Below are positions 31,896 through 40,692 of a DNA stretch of 64,000 nucleotides, one piece after another (position 1 is the stretch's first letter; each line of letters opens with the position of its first letter). The notes under the pieces were generated by a model that did not search any database, was not told the origin of the DNA, and saw nothing but the letters and a program-made list of their open reading frames with translations. Position numbers and translations under genes: made by a program. Source of the stretch: an uncultured Gammaproteobacteria bacterium (GTDB lineage: Bacteria; Pseudomonadota; Gammaproteobacteria; Xanthomonadales; Rhodanobacteraceae); NCBI GenBank assembly GCA_963707225.1, contig CAVPQF010000078.1, forward strand, positions 6,314 through 70,313, written 5' to 3'.

Positions 31896-32731
31896 ATACC
31901 GCCCAGCCGACCTTTCGTACCATCGAGCAGTCCGATCCCGCCATCGCGGCGACCGGGCTGGAGTTCGTCACCGCCAAGAGCCGCGCGCTCGGCCGACGCG
32001 TCGACGTCACCCTGTTCGTGCCGCCCGCGGCGCGCGGCGTGGCGGACCTGCCGATGGTGATGCTGCTGCATGGCGTGTTCGGCTCGCACTGGGCGTGGGC
32101 GCTGAAAGGCGCGGCTCACCTCACCGCCGCACGGCTGATCGCCGAAGGCGCGTTGCCGCCGGTCGCGCTGCTGATGCCCTCGGATGGCCTGTGGGGCGAC
32201 GGATCGGGCTACGTGGCGCACGCAGGTGAGGATGCCGAACGCTGGATCATGGACGAGGTGCCTGCACTGGCGTGCGAGGTGATCGAAGGCTGCACGGCGC
32301 GCTCGCCCCTGCTGCTGGCGGGCCTGAGCATGGGCGGTTTCGGCGCCATGCGGCTGGCGGGAAAATACCCGCGGCGCATCACCGCCGCCGCTGCGCTGTC
32401 GACGGTGACCGAGGTTGCACAGCTCGACGGGCTCATCGAAGAAAGCCGGGCCGGCTGGAGCGAGGCCCAGGCCGATCGCAGCATCCTGGCCGCGCTGGTC
32501 GGCGCCACCGACGTGCTGCCGCCGCTCCGCCTGGCCTGCGGCCGCGACGATCCGTACCTGGACGCCAACCGCGCCTTGCACCGCGCGCTGCAGCAGGCCG
32601 GCATCGCCCATCAGTACGCCGAAGGCGAGGGTGGGCACGACTGGCCGTACTGGACGACCGCACTGGACCACACGCTGCGCTTCTTCGGCCAGCTGCTGCA
32701 TGCCATGACTGAAAAAGGGGACGACGCATGA
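31892..32731 (+). CDS. Esterase-D/putative-esterase family alpha/beta hydrolase
   Basis: ATGA overlap with the ADH stop. Contains LPMVMLLHGVFGSHWAW and the nucleophile elbow AGLSMGGFGAM. Confidence 0.7.
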   Translation: MNTAQPTFRTIEQSDPAIAATGLEFVTAKSRALGRRVDVTLFVPPAARGVADLPMVMLLHGVFGSHWAWALKGAAHLTAARLIAEGALPPVALLMPSDGLWGDGSGYVAHAGEDAERWIMDEVPALACEVIEGCTARSPLLLAGLSMGGFGAMRLAGKYPRRITAAAALSTVTEVAQLDGLIEESRAGWSEAQADRSILAALVGATDVLPPLRLACGRDDPYLDANRALHRALQQAGIAHQYAEGEGGHDWPYWTTALDHTLRFFGQLLHAMTEKGDDA

Positions 32732-34302
32732 ACCTGATGAAGCTCACGCTCGCCTGGGCCGCCACGATCGTGCTCGCGATGGCGGCGTGCTCCGCCCGGG
32801 CCTCGACCGCAGCGCCGCGAGCGCAGCCGGCCGACGAAATTTTCTATCAGATCTTCGAGCGCAGCTTCCGCGACAGCAACGGCGACCGCATCGGCGACCT
32901 CCAGGGGCTGACGTCCCGGCTCGACTACCTCAAGCAACTGGGCATCACCTCGATCCTGCTCACGCCGCTGCAGCCTTCGCCGTACTACCACAATTATTTC
33001 GCCACCGACTTCAAGGCGATCGAGCCGGCCTACGGCTCGATGGACGATTACTTCGCGTTCGTCCGCGCCGCGCATGCGCGCGGGTTGAAGGTGTACCTGG
33101 ACGAGGAATTCCAGTACGTCGCCGAGGGCCATCCGTGGTGGCGCGATTCGATCGGCAAACCCCATGCGAAACATGCCGGCTACCTGCTGTGGCGCGATCC
33201 GCAGCACCGCGTGGCGGAGCCCTTTCTCGACCGCGCGACGTGGGATGGCTACGACGGCCGCCACATCGGCATCGCCATGGTCGATATGAACCAGCCGGCG
33301 GTGAAACGCTATTTCCTGGACCTGCTGCTGTTCTGGGCCGACCCCCATGGCGACGGCAGCGGCCGCGACGGCGTGGACGGGTTCCGCATCGACCACATGA
33401 TGGACGACCTCGACCACAAGAGCCTGGACAAGAACCTGTTCGCGGATTTCTGGACACCGCTGTTCCGCGCGCTGAAGGCGCGGCGGCCGGAGCTGCGCAT
33501 CCTCGCCGAACAGGCCGGCTGGGGCTATGGCCAGGAATTCCTGACGCGCGGCCACGCCGACCTGGTGTTCGCGTTTCCGCTGCGCGGTGCGCTGGTGCAG
33601 CTCGACAAGCAGGCCATCGTCAAGGCGCTGCGGGCCACGGCCGCCGCCACGCCGGCGGGCAAGGACCAGGTGATCATGCTGGAGAACCACGACATCGACC
33701 GCTTCATGTCGCTGGTCGACGGCGACCCGGCACGCGCCCGCGCCGGCGCCGCCATCGCGCTGATGCTGAAGGGCGAGCCGCTGATCTACTACGGGCAGGA
33801 ACTGGGCATGCGCGGACGCCCGCTGCAGAACGCCCCGGTATCCGACGGCATCCAGATCCCCATGCGCGAAGCGTTCCGCTGGAAAGCCGACCTCGCCGCG
33901 CCGGGCTCGGCCACCTGGTATCAGGGTGCGCAGCGCTGGTGGACCGAACGCTACAACCGTTCGAACGACGGCGTGTCGCTGGAAGAGGAACAGGCGCGGC
34001 CGGATTCGCTGTACCACTGGTACCGCAAACTGCTGGCGCTGCGCCGCGCACGGCCGGAGTTGCGCGAAGGCAGCCAGCGCATCCTGTGCGACGATGCTTC
34101 CGCGGTGCTGTGCATCCTGCGCGAGCAGGGGACGCGGCGTACGCTGCTGCTGGTCAACCTCGGCCATACTGACGCGCGGCCGGCGCTCGACCCGACATTG
34201 ACCGGCGATATCCCCTGGGTCGACCTGCTGGATGGCGGCGCGGGCGCAGCGGCCGACACGGTCCTGCACCCGATGCAGGTGCGCGTGCTGGGCACGCGCT
34301 GA
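32728..34302 (+). CDS. Secreted GH13 alpha-amylase-family glycosidase
   Basis: ATGA overlap with the esterase stop and a signal peptide MNLMKLTLAWAATIVLAMAAC. GH13 regions are NGDRIGDLQGLTSRLDYLKQLGITSILLTP, GVDGFRIDHM and MLENHDIDRF. Confidence 0.85.
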   Translation: MNLMKLTLAWAATIVLAMAACSARASTAAPRAQPADEIFYQIFERSFRDSNGDRIGDLQGLTSRLDYLKQLGITSILLTPLQPSPYYHNYFATDFKAIEPAYGSMDDYFAFVRAAHARGLKVYLDEEFQYVAEGHPWWRDSIGKPHAKHAGYLLWRDPQHRVAEPFLDRATWDGYDGRHIGIAMVDMNQPAVKRYFLDLLLFWADPHGDGSGRDGVDGFRIDHMMDDLDHKSLDKNLFADFWTPLFRALKARRPELRILAEQAGWGYGQEFLTRGHADLVFAFPLRGALVQLDKQAIVKALRATAAATPAGKDQVIMLENHDIDRFMSLVDGDPARARAGAAIALMLKGEPLIYYGQELGMRGRPLQNAPVSDGIQIPMREAFRWKADLAAPGSATWYQGAQRWWTERYNRSNDGVSLEEEQARPDSLYHWYRKLLALRRARPELREGSQRILCDDASAVLCILREQGTRRTLLLVNLGHTDARPALDPTLTGDIPWVDLLDGGAGAAADTVLHPMQVRVLGTR

Positions 34303-34342
34303 GGCGACGCACGACCGGTGGAACGCCGGGGAGGAACTCGAC

Positions 34343-35200
34343 ATGGCGCTGCCGCATCTCGATCGCCCGATCTGCGAACCGGTCGAACTGCGCCCGGGCG
34401 CCACGGTGCGCGCCGAGCGCATCCGGCAGGGGCGCGAGGCCGGCGCGTCCGAGCCGTTCGTGCATTTCCACGACGTGCACGAACTGGTGCTGTTCGGCAA
34501 GGTGTCCGGGCACTTCGTGGCCGACGACCGGCGCTACACCCTGGCTCCCCGCTGCGTCGCCTTCGTGCCCTCGATGGTCCATCACGACTTTGCGCTGGGC
34601 CCCGGGCCACGCGACTGGGTGCTGGTGCAGGTCGAGGCGGGCGCCGGCGAATCGCTGGCGCGCACCGCCGGCCTGGAGCGCCTGCAGCACCCGTTCTGTG
34701 CCCGGCCCGACCGCGCGACGTATCACCGCCTGCTGCTGCTCGCCGACTGGCTCAGCGGACTGGATGCGGCCGACCCGCTGGCGTTGCCGCTGATCGAACT
34801 GCTGCTGCGTGCGGCCGTTCGCGCCCCCGCCATCGAGGGCCGGAAACTGGCCGCGGATGCCGGCGGACTGCAGCGCCTGCGCCCGGCGATCGATCGCCTG
34901 CGCAGCCACCCGGCCGACGCGCCCGGTGCGGAACAGGCCGCGGCACTGTGCGCGCTGTCGCCGGCCTATTTCAGCCGCCGCTTCAAGCAGCAGGTCGGCA
35001 TGAGCTGGAGCGACTACGTCCGCACGCACCGCCTGCACCTGGCCAGCCGGCGCCTGCTGGAGTCCGGGCAAAGCGTCGCCGCCATCGCCGACAGCCTGGG
35101 CTTCTCGACCCCGTCACACTTCGGCGAACTGTTCCATCGCCGCTTCGGCATGACGCCAGGGGACTACCGCCGCGCCGGGCGCGGCGGTTCCACGCTGTAG
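34343..35200 (+). CDS. AraC-family transcriptional regulator
   Basis: Start is the ATG at 34343 behind GGGGAGGA. C-terminal HTH pair is CALSPAYFSRRFKQQVGMSWSDYVRTHRLHLASRRL...IADSLGFSTPSHFGELFHRRFGMTPGDYRR. Confidence 0.85.
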   Translation: MALPHLDRPICEPVELRPGATVRAERIRQGREAGASEPFVHFHDVHELVLFGKVSGHFVADDRRYTLAPRCVAFVPSMVHHDFALGPGPRDWVLVQVEAGAGESLARTAGLERLQHPFCARPDRATYHRLLLLADWLSGLDAADPLALPLIELLLRAAVRAPAIEGRKLAADAGGLQRLRPAIDRLRSHPADAPGAEQAAALCALSPAYFSRRFKQQVGMSWSDYVRTHRLHLASRRLLESGQSVAAIADSLGFSTPSHFGELFHRRFGMTPGDYRRAGRGGSTL

Positions 35201-35260
35201 CGGATGCCACGTGCCGGTGACCACGAACATAACCGGGTCAGGGGTTCTTGTTCCCGAGCT

Positions 35261-35947
35261 TCACCCGTCAATCCCCCGCAATCCCCTGTGTCCGCTCCAG
35301 CTCTGCACACCGCTGCGCCAGCTCCGCGAGACCGCGTCTGTCAGGCGCGGCTCGTCGGCCGGATCGAGCGACAGTAAACGGTCCCTGCCACGGCGCCCGA
35401 ACAGCATCGGACGGGCCAGGAACAGCAGCAGGATGCCGCCACTCAAACCCGGTATGCCATAGACCAGGATCAATGGCCAGACGCCGTGCACCCGGCCGCC
35501 AACGAGCAGGTGGGCATGGCCGAGATACCAGTACAAGGCATAGCCCAGCGTGGCCACCAGACCCAGATAAAGCAGCGGTATGAGTACGCAGCACAGCGTC
35601 ACCAGAGCCAGGTGGCTGCCGTAGAGCGGGCTCGGTCGGCGCCTGGGAAATCCCTGGGCGAGGCGTGCGCGCAGGTTGTCCAGCGGATCGCCGGGTGCGG
35701 CAGGCTTGCCGGCCGGGTCCGGCTGCGTTTCCCTGCGCGCGTCCAGGCCGGCCCGGGTCAACGCCTGGTGCCAGCGCTCCGCGTTCTGTGCATCCAGTCC
35801 GGACTTGACCACGCGCTGCGCCGGCGGCAGCAACGCCTGAACCTGGGTCGGGCCAGGCCCCATCTGCTGCTTGAGCGCATCGGCGATGCTTTCAACGGTA
35901 TGACCGGGCAGGGCGCGGCCGGTAAGCCTCACGAGGTATGCGTTCAT
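35261..35947 (-). CDS. Hypothetical membrane protein (possibly a 5' fragment of a larger gene)
   Basis: 228 aa: a soluble N-terminal part, then two clear TM helices (LALVTLCCVLIPLLYLGLVATLGYALYWYL and VWPLILVYGIPGLSGGILLLFLA). The segment after the helices (ARPMLFGRRGRDRLLSLDPADEPRL) resembles the region preceding the catalytic domain of some membrane M48-type peptidases, but no HExxH follows. That resemblance is from memory only. Confidence 0.45.
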   Translation of the reverse strand: MNAYLVRLTGRALPGHTVESIADALKQQMGPGPTQVQALLPPAQRVVKSGLDAQNAERWHQALTRAGLDARRETQPDPAGKPAAPGDPLDNLRARLAQGFPRRRPSPLYGSHLALVTLCCVLIPLLYLGLVATLGYALYWYLGHAHLLVGGRVHGVWPLILVYGIPGLSGGILLLFLARPMLFGRRGRDRLLSLDPADEPRLTDAVSRSWRSGVQSWSGHRGLRGIDG

Positions 35948-36081
35948 GGCAGTCCATTGCGGGATTTCTTTCGGTGATGGAGATATTCACAAAACCGTTT
36001 CAAATGGGCAATGCGCCCGACGCAGCCGGACAACAGCCGCTCGGTTTCCCTTTCACCGTTGGAAGCCCCTTCAGTTTTGAA

Positions 36082-37545
36082 TCACTCGACCCACTGGACC
36101 CGGTTTCTCCCGTTGCGCTTCGCCACATACAACGCCCCGTCCGCCGCATTCAGGAACTTGTCGCTGTCCGGGTAGCGGACTATCGCCGTCGACGCGAGCC
36201 CGGCGCTGATCGTCACCACCTGCTGGGTGCTGCGCGCATGCTGGATCTGCATGGCTTCTACCCGCCGCCGCAGCCTTTGCAGGATGTCTTCCGACGTGGC
36301 GACGTCGTAGCCGCTCATCAGGGCGACGAATTCCTCGCCGCCGTACCTGGCCACGATCACGTCGGGTTGCAGGCTCGCCTCGCGTTGCAGCGCATGCGCG
36401 ACCGCAGCCAGGCAGTCGTCGCCGGCGAGGTGGCCGTAGGTATCGTTGAACGCCTTGAAGCTGTCGATGTCGATCATGGCGACGCTGAGCGAACGGCCTG
36501 TTTTCAGGGCACCCTCCCATTCGCGCCTGAGCAGCCGGTAGAAGCCGCGGCGGTTGAGCAGAGCCGACAGGTCGTCGCGCACGATGGCCTGCTGCAGGCC
36601 GCGCTTGAGCTTCCGCAGGTCGTCCTCGAAGGCCAGGTGCTGTCCCAGCACGATGGCGTTGCGTACCGCGTAGGACATGATTGCGAGTATCAACGTGGCG
36701 GTGGCGAGGAAGGCATTTTTTCCCAGTTGCGCGAACGCGAGGCCGCACAAGGCCAGGCTCATCACGAACGGGCTGATGCTTTCGGCGAAGTGGCGGATCC
36801 TGCGGCTCGGGCGGTAGCTGCGGAGCCAGACTTTCCTCCGCCGGCCCAGCAGGAAACCCAGTACCACGAAGGGCAGACCGAGCAGCAATTCGGGCAGATA
36901 CGACTCGCTGCTGAGGATGAACCGGTTATGGATGCCGGGTAGTAGCGCATCGGTCCAGGCGAAGACGGTCAGCACGAAGAAGAACCGCCGTTCATCCGAG
37001 CGTTTCGTGGAGACCAGGCGCAGCATGGTGAACACCGCCACGAACAGCCCCATCGCGTCGAACATCCACATCACGAACGTCGCCGGTGCCGGCGAGGCCG
37101 CATTCAGCACCTCGCGCAAGGTGTAATAGAAGAGCGTCGCGATGGCGCACGCGAGCAGGCCGTCGACGATGCCGGCCCAGCGATAGAGCGTGGCGACCGG
37201 GTTGTAGGCCGCGGCAATGGTGAGCAGAAGGCTGCTCAGGCAGAAGTAGAAGGTCGGGTCGAAGGCGACCAGGGTGCCGAGCGGGTTGGACAGCGAGTCG
37301 GTGAACAGCAGGCCGAAGGCGCCGCCCTGGGCGATCAGCGCGAGCAGCAGCAAGCTCCAGAGCGGGCGATTGTGGCGGACGCTGAGGCGAAGCCGCCGCC
37401 AGCACAGCAGTACCGTCAGCGTGAGTATCGCCAGCACGACGGCGTAGCTCCATGAGAGCAGGTGCGGCGGTGCCCATGCGATCACGCCAAGTTGGGCGAG
37501 CAGTAGCGACACATAGGCTCGGGACATCCCGGCACGCATTTTCAT
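36082..37545 (-). CDS. Membrane-anchored diguanylate cyclase (GGDEF)
   Basis: About 8 predicted TM helices, then RGFYRLLRREWE...SVAMIDIDSFKAFNDTYGHLAGDDCL...RYGGEEFVALM...DGALYVAKRNGRNRV. Start set at MKMRAGMSRAYV (37545); the track ORF starts at 37641. Confidence 0.85.
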   Translation of the reverse strand: MKMRAGMSRAYVSLLLAQLGVIAWAPPHLLSWSYAVVLAILTLTVLLCWRRLRLSVRHNRPLWSLLLLALIAQGGAFGLLFTDSLSNPLGTLVAFDPTFYFCLSSLLLTIAAAYNPVATLYRWAGIVDGLLACAIATLFYYTLREVLNAASPAPATFVMWMFDAMGLFVAVFTMLRLVSTKRSDERRFFFVLTVFAWTDALLPGIHNRFILSSESYLPELLLGLPFVVLGFLLGRRRKVWLRSYRPSRRIRHFAESISPFVMSLALCGLAFAQLGKNAFLATATLILAIMSYAVRNAIVLGQHLAFEDDLRKLKRGLQQAIVRDDLSALLNRRGFYRLLRREWEGALKTGRSLSVAMIDIDSFKAFNDTYGHLAGDDCLAAVAHALQREASLQPDVIVARYGGEEFVALMSGYDVATSEDILQRLRRRVEAMQIQHARSTQQVVTISAGLASTAIVRYPDSDKFLNAADGALYVAKRNGRNRVQWVE

Positions 37546-37715
37546 CTCTCGATGTTCCGCCGCTGTGGGTACTGTACGTGGACGCTGGCCTGCGCTTCCG
37601 GTGCCTATGCCTGAAGCCTGCCACAAAGCGTAGTCCTGCACAGGTCGTGCGGTCAGTGCGGTGCTGGATGGACTGCCGCGCGGGGATGCCGGTCACGATC
37701 CATGGCCCGCTCCGG

Positions 37716-37880
37716 TCACACGCGCCACGGCATGCCGTAGCCGAACGCCGCGCCCACCTGCGAGCAGGTGGCGATGCCGCTGGGATCATCGTCGGCCGCG
37801 CCGGTGATCAGGCCGGCGCCGAGGTTGGTCCAGGGCGGGGTCTCCAGGCCGCCGTCTTCAGTGTTTTCGTGTACGGCCAT
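37716..37880 (-). pseudogene. N-terminal remnant (54 codons) of an Nramp/MntH-family metal transporter
   Basis: MAVHENTEDGGLETPPWTNLGAGLITGAADDDPSGIATCSQVGAAFGYGMPWRV-stop. GLITGAADDDPSGIAT.SQ.GA.FGY is the conserved Nramp N-terminal block; the other 400 or so aa are absent. Confidence 0.7.
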
Positions 37881-38130
37881 GCGGCGGTTTCCGCTGCGCG
37901 ATCCCGCCCGGGCGCCACGCCGGCCTGATGCAGCAGGCAAAAGTGTCCGGATGATGGCGCTGTCGAACCCTGCGTGTGGCGAGGTGCCGCAGCGGAATTC
38001 ACAGCCCGTGGGTTGCATGGTGCACCGAGTCGGATTTTCGCGTTCACCGGGTTGCCGGATCGCGACTACCGACCCCTTGGGCCAGACTATCGGTCTGGGC
38101 CACGTACCCGCCCGCAGCAATCTGGCGCCG

Positions 38131-38184
38131 CTCACCAGCGGTGACGAATTCCTCGCCGTCGTACCTGGTCGCCATCACGCCGGG
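38131..38184 (-). pseudogene. Short GGDEF-domain remnant
   Basis: About 55 nt align at roughly 85 percent identity (my hand count) with 36313-36367 inside the intact GGDEF gene. The minus-strand translation PGVMATRYDGEEFV parallels PDVIVARYGGEEFV, then diverges and stops. Confidence 0.45.
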
Positions 38185-38625
38185 TTACCGACAGACGAGC
38201 ACGGGAACCCTGCTTTGCAGCAGAACCTTTTGTGTTTCGCTGCCCAGCATCAGCTGGTTCAAGCCATGCCTACCATGGGTGGCCATGACGATGAGGTCGC
38301 AGTGGTGTTCGTTGACGGCCTCCAGAATGGCCTGGTGGGGGCGTTCGCCGAAGGCATAGTGGCATTCGCAGGGTACCAGTGCGGCCCTGGCCAGTTCTTT
38401 CGCCTCGTCCAGATAGCGCGTAGCGATTTGCACCGCTTGTTTGCTGTAACTCAGCTCGGCTGCGACAAGAATTTCAGCCATGTAGGTGATGGAATTGAAC
38501 GGCGGCACTACGTGCAGTGCCAGCGCCCTGGCGTCAAATGCCTTGGCCAGCTCCAGACCCATGCTGAAAGCCCGCAGCGACAGGTCCGATCCATCGATTG
38601 GCAGGAGCACGTGCTGGAACAGCAT
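38185..38625 (-). CDS. Universal stress protein (single UspA domain)
   Basis: MLFQHVLLPIDGSDLSLRAF...CDLIVMATHGRHGLNQLMLGSETQKVLLQSRVPVLVCR. Start is ambiguous (ATG at 38625 or 38676); the track ORF extends to 39033, which is not credible. Confidence 0.8.
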   Translation of the reverse strand: MLFQHVLLPIDGSDLSLRAFSMGLELAKAFDARALALHVVPPFNSITYMAEILVAAELSYSKQAVQIATRYLDEAKELARAALVPCECHYAFGERPHQAILEAVNEHHCDLIVMATHGRHGLNQLMLGSETQKVLLQSRVPVLVCR

Positions 38626-38755
38626 CTTTCGTTGCGCACAGGTGGGTTCCGGACTCACAGCAGTTTCGGCGAACATCGGCAGGGTCTCCCAAAACGTCTC
38701 GCGCCTGCACTCAGGCGTGTCAAGCGTCATGGTGACTTGCGCGGTTGCCGTGATA

Positions 38756-38769
38756 TTGATCATCGTCAA
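38756..38769. promoter_or_regulatory. FNR/FixK/Dnr-type box TTGATCATCGTCAA
   Basis: 9/10 match to TTGAT-N4-ATCAA. The centre is 86 or 137 bp upstream of the two candidate starts of the minus-strand usp gene. Confidence 0.55.
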
Positions 38770-38914
38770 CTCGTTGTGAAATAGCGTGTTGGGCCGGATG
38801 TCGTCGTGCGGCTCCATGCTGCGTCGTGGAGGGGAAGGCTTGTTCTGGCGGCAATCATCAGGCAAGGCAGAGATCGCGCTTTCAGTCCATGGTCCCGAAC
38901 TGCGTCGATGGCGG

Positions 38915-38928
38915 TTGACCTGGATCAA
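38915..38928. promoter_or_regulatory. FNR/FixK/Dnr-type box TTGACCTGGATCAA
   Basis: 9/10 match. The centre is 68 bp upstream of the ATG at 38990, so a -41.5 geometry would leave a leader of about 27 nt. Confidence 0.6.
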
Positions 38929-38989
38929 GCCGAATGACCTGCGCATGGATGAGTGTGGGCGCATCGAATCCAGCCAACGGGGCGCCGCC

Positions 38990-39793
38990 ATGTTCGAGGT
39001 TCTCGTCAACACTGAAGAAATGCGCGATGACAACCCCGTGGTACGGACTGGCCTGGCGCTGGCGAGCCGCCTCGGCGCCTACGCGACGGGGCTGAATATC
39101 GTCGAGGTATTCCCGGCGACCATGGCCATACCCGATGTCATGACCGTGCTGGCGACGCAGGAGCAGATGGCAAGGCAATGCGATGCCTGGTGGATGAAGC
39201 AATGTCACGAACACGGCATCAAAGGCGCCTGGGAAGTCATCCGCGGTCTATACGTGCCGGTACTGGCGCGACGTTCATGCATGGCGGATATCACGGTAAG
39301 CCGCATGCCGAGTCGCGAGGCCGGCTACTCCACCGGCATGGACCATGTGACACGCGTATTGCTTGCAGCAGCATCCCCCATGCTGCTGGTTCCATCGGCC
39401 CGGGATGGAACCTTCCGGCCGGAGAGGGTGCTGGTGGCGTGGAACAGCACGCAGGAATCCATGCGCGCGCTGCGCGCCGCCGTGCCCTTCTTGCGCGAGG
39501 CCGGGACGGTGTGCCTTGTGGACGGTGCCAGCGACGAACTGCCGGGCATCGCGCCGCCACCTTTGCCGGTGCGCGACTGGCTCGCGCGGCAAGGCGTCGC
39601 TCTGCAAACGGTGCAGCAGTTTCCGGCGCAAACCAACATCGGCGAAGCGCTGCTCGATCAGGCCCATGCCATGAAGGCAGATCTCCTGGTGATGGGGGCA
39701 TGGGGTCACTCGCGAGTGAGTGAACTCATGCTGGGCGGCACGACGCGCCACGTGCTCAAGCACGCCCAATTGTCGGTATTGCTGGCGCACTGA
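38990..39793 (+). CDS. Tandem-domain universal stress protein (UspE-like)
   Basis: Start is the ATG at 38990 (MFEVLVNTEE). The second domain ends ADLLVMGAWGHSRVSELMLGGTTRHVLKHAQLSVLLAH; 267 aa. Confidence 0.85.
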   Translation: MFEVLVNTEEMRDDNPVVRTGLALASRLGAYATGLNIVEVFPATMAIPDVMTVLATQEQMARQCDAWWMKQCHEHGIKGAWEVIRGLYVPVLARRSCMADITVSRMPSREAGYSTGMDHVTRVLLAAASPMLLVPSARDGTFRPERVLVAWNSTQESMRALRAAVPFLREAGTVCLVDGASDELPGIAPPPLPVRDWLARQGVALQTVQQFPAQTNIGEALLDQAHAMKADLLVMGAWGHSRVSELMLGGTTRHVLKHAQLSVLLAH

Positions 39794-39840
39794 GCCTGGC
39801 GAGAAAACGGGCGGACGGGTCGCGTCCGTCGGGGCGGACG

Positions 39841-39868
39841 CCGTTACAAACCGTTACAAACCGTTGCC
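39841..39868. repeat. Tandem decamer CCGTTACAAA x2 plus a partial third copy
   Basis: CCGTTACAAACCGTTACAAACCGTTGCC, 81 bp upstream of the Crp/Fnr-family gene. Confidence 0.7.
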
Positions 39869-39948
39869 GAGTCGAACTATTGCAGTTACCGACCGGGTCT
39901 AGAGTCGTCGCTACGGCAAACCGGAACTGCATCTCGAGGATACGTGTC

Positions 39949-40686
39949 ATGACAGCGTTGGCAACCGACATTCGTACCACCCAGACAGGCAACCACTACG
40001 CGCGCATGATCCTGGCGACCACGGGCAACGACCTGGGCATTGATATCGAAGCGATTCGCGAACATGCCCCGGTGCGACGCTGCAAGCACGCCGCCGGACA
40101 GAGCGTCTATCGTGCCGGACAGCCGTTCCATGCGATCCACCTGGTGCATGCGGGTTCCTACAAGACGTGCGAACTGGCCGACGATGGCCGCGAACAGGTC
40201 ACCGGTTTTCGCATGCGTGGCGACCTGGTCGGTATGGAGTCCATTGGCCTGAAAACCTATGCGAGCGACGTGATCGCCCTGGAGTCCAGCGAAACCCTGG
40301 AACTGCCATACCCGGCGGTACTACGCGCCTGCAGGCATGTGCCGGAACTCCAATCGCGCCTGACCGCGGCACTGGCCGCGGAAATCCGCTGCGATCGTTC
40401 GTGGATGCTGATGCTTGGCTCGCTGGCTGCGGAGCGTCGCGTGGCCGCCTTCCTGCTCGACGTTGCCGCACGCTATGCGCGTCTGGGCTACAGCGCGAAA
40501 CATTTCATATTGCGCATGAGCCGCCTCGACATGGCCAGCTTCCTTGCCCTCAAGCACGAAACCGTGAGCCGTGCGCTGTCGCATCTGCATGGCATGAGCT
40601 ACATCGACGTGCAGCGCCGCGAAGTACGCGTGCTGGATGTCAATGGACTGCGCTCGATGGCAAGGATAAACGCTGCGTTGAACTGA
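39949..40686 (+). CDS. Crp/Fnr-family transcription factor without the FNR cysteine cluster (FixK/Dnr-like)
   Basis: A cNMP-binding-like barrel (VYRAGQPFHAIHLVHAGSYKTCELADDGREQVTGFRMRGDLVGME) and a C-terminal HTH with an E--SR recognition helix (MSRLDMASFLALKHETVSRALSHL). There is no N-terminal CX2CX5C motif. Confidence 0.85.
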   Translation: MTALATDIRTTQTGNHYARMILATTGNDLGIDIEAIREHAPVRRCKHAAGQSVYRAGQPFHAIHLVHAGSYKTCELADDGREQVTGFRMRGDLVGMESIGLKTYASDVIALESSETLELPYPAVLRACRHVPELQSRLTAALAAEIRCDRSWMLMLGSLAAERRVAAFLLDVAARYARLGYSAKHFILRMSRLDMASFLALKHETVSRALSHLHGMSYIDVQRREVRVLDVNGLRSMARINAALN

Positions 40687-40692
40687 GCGGCA

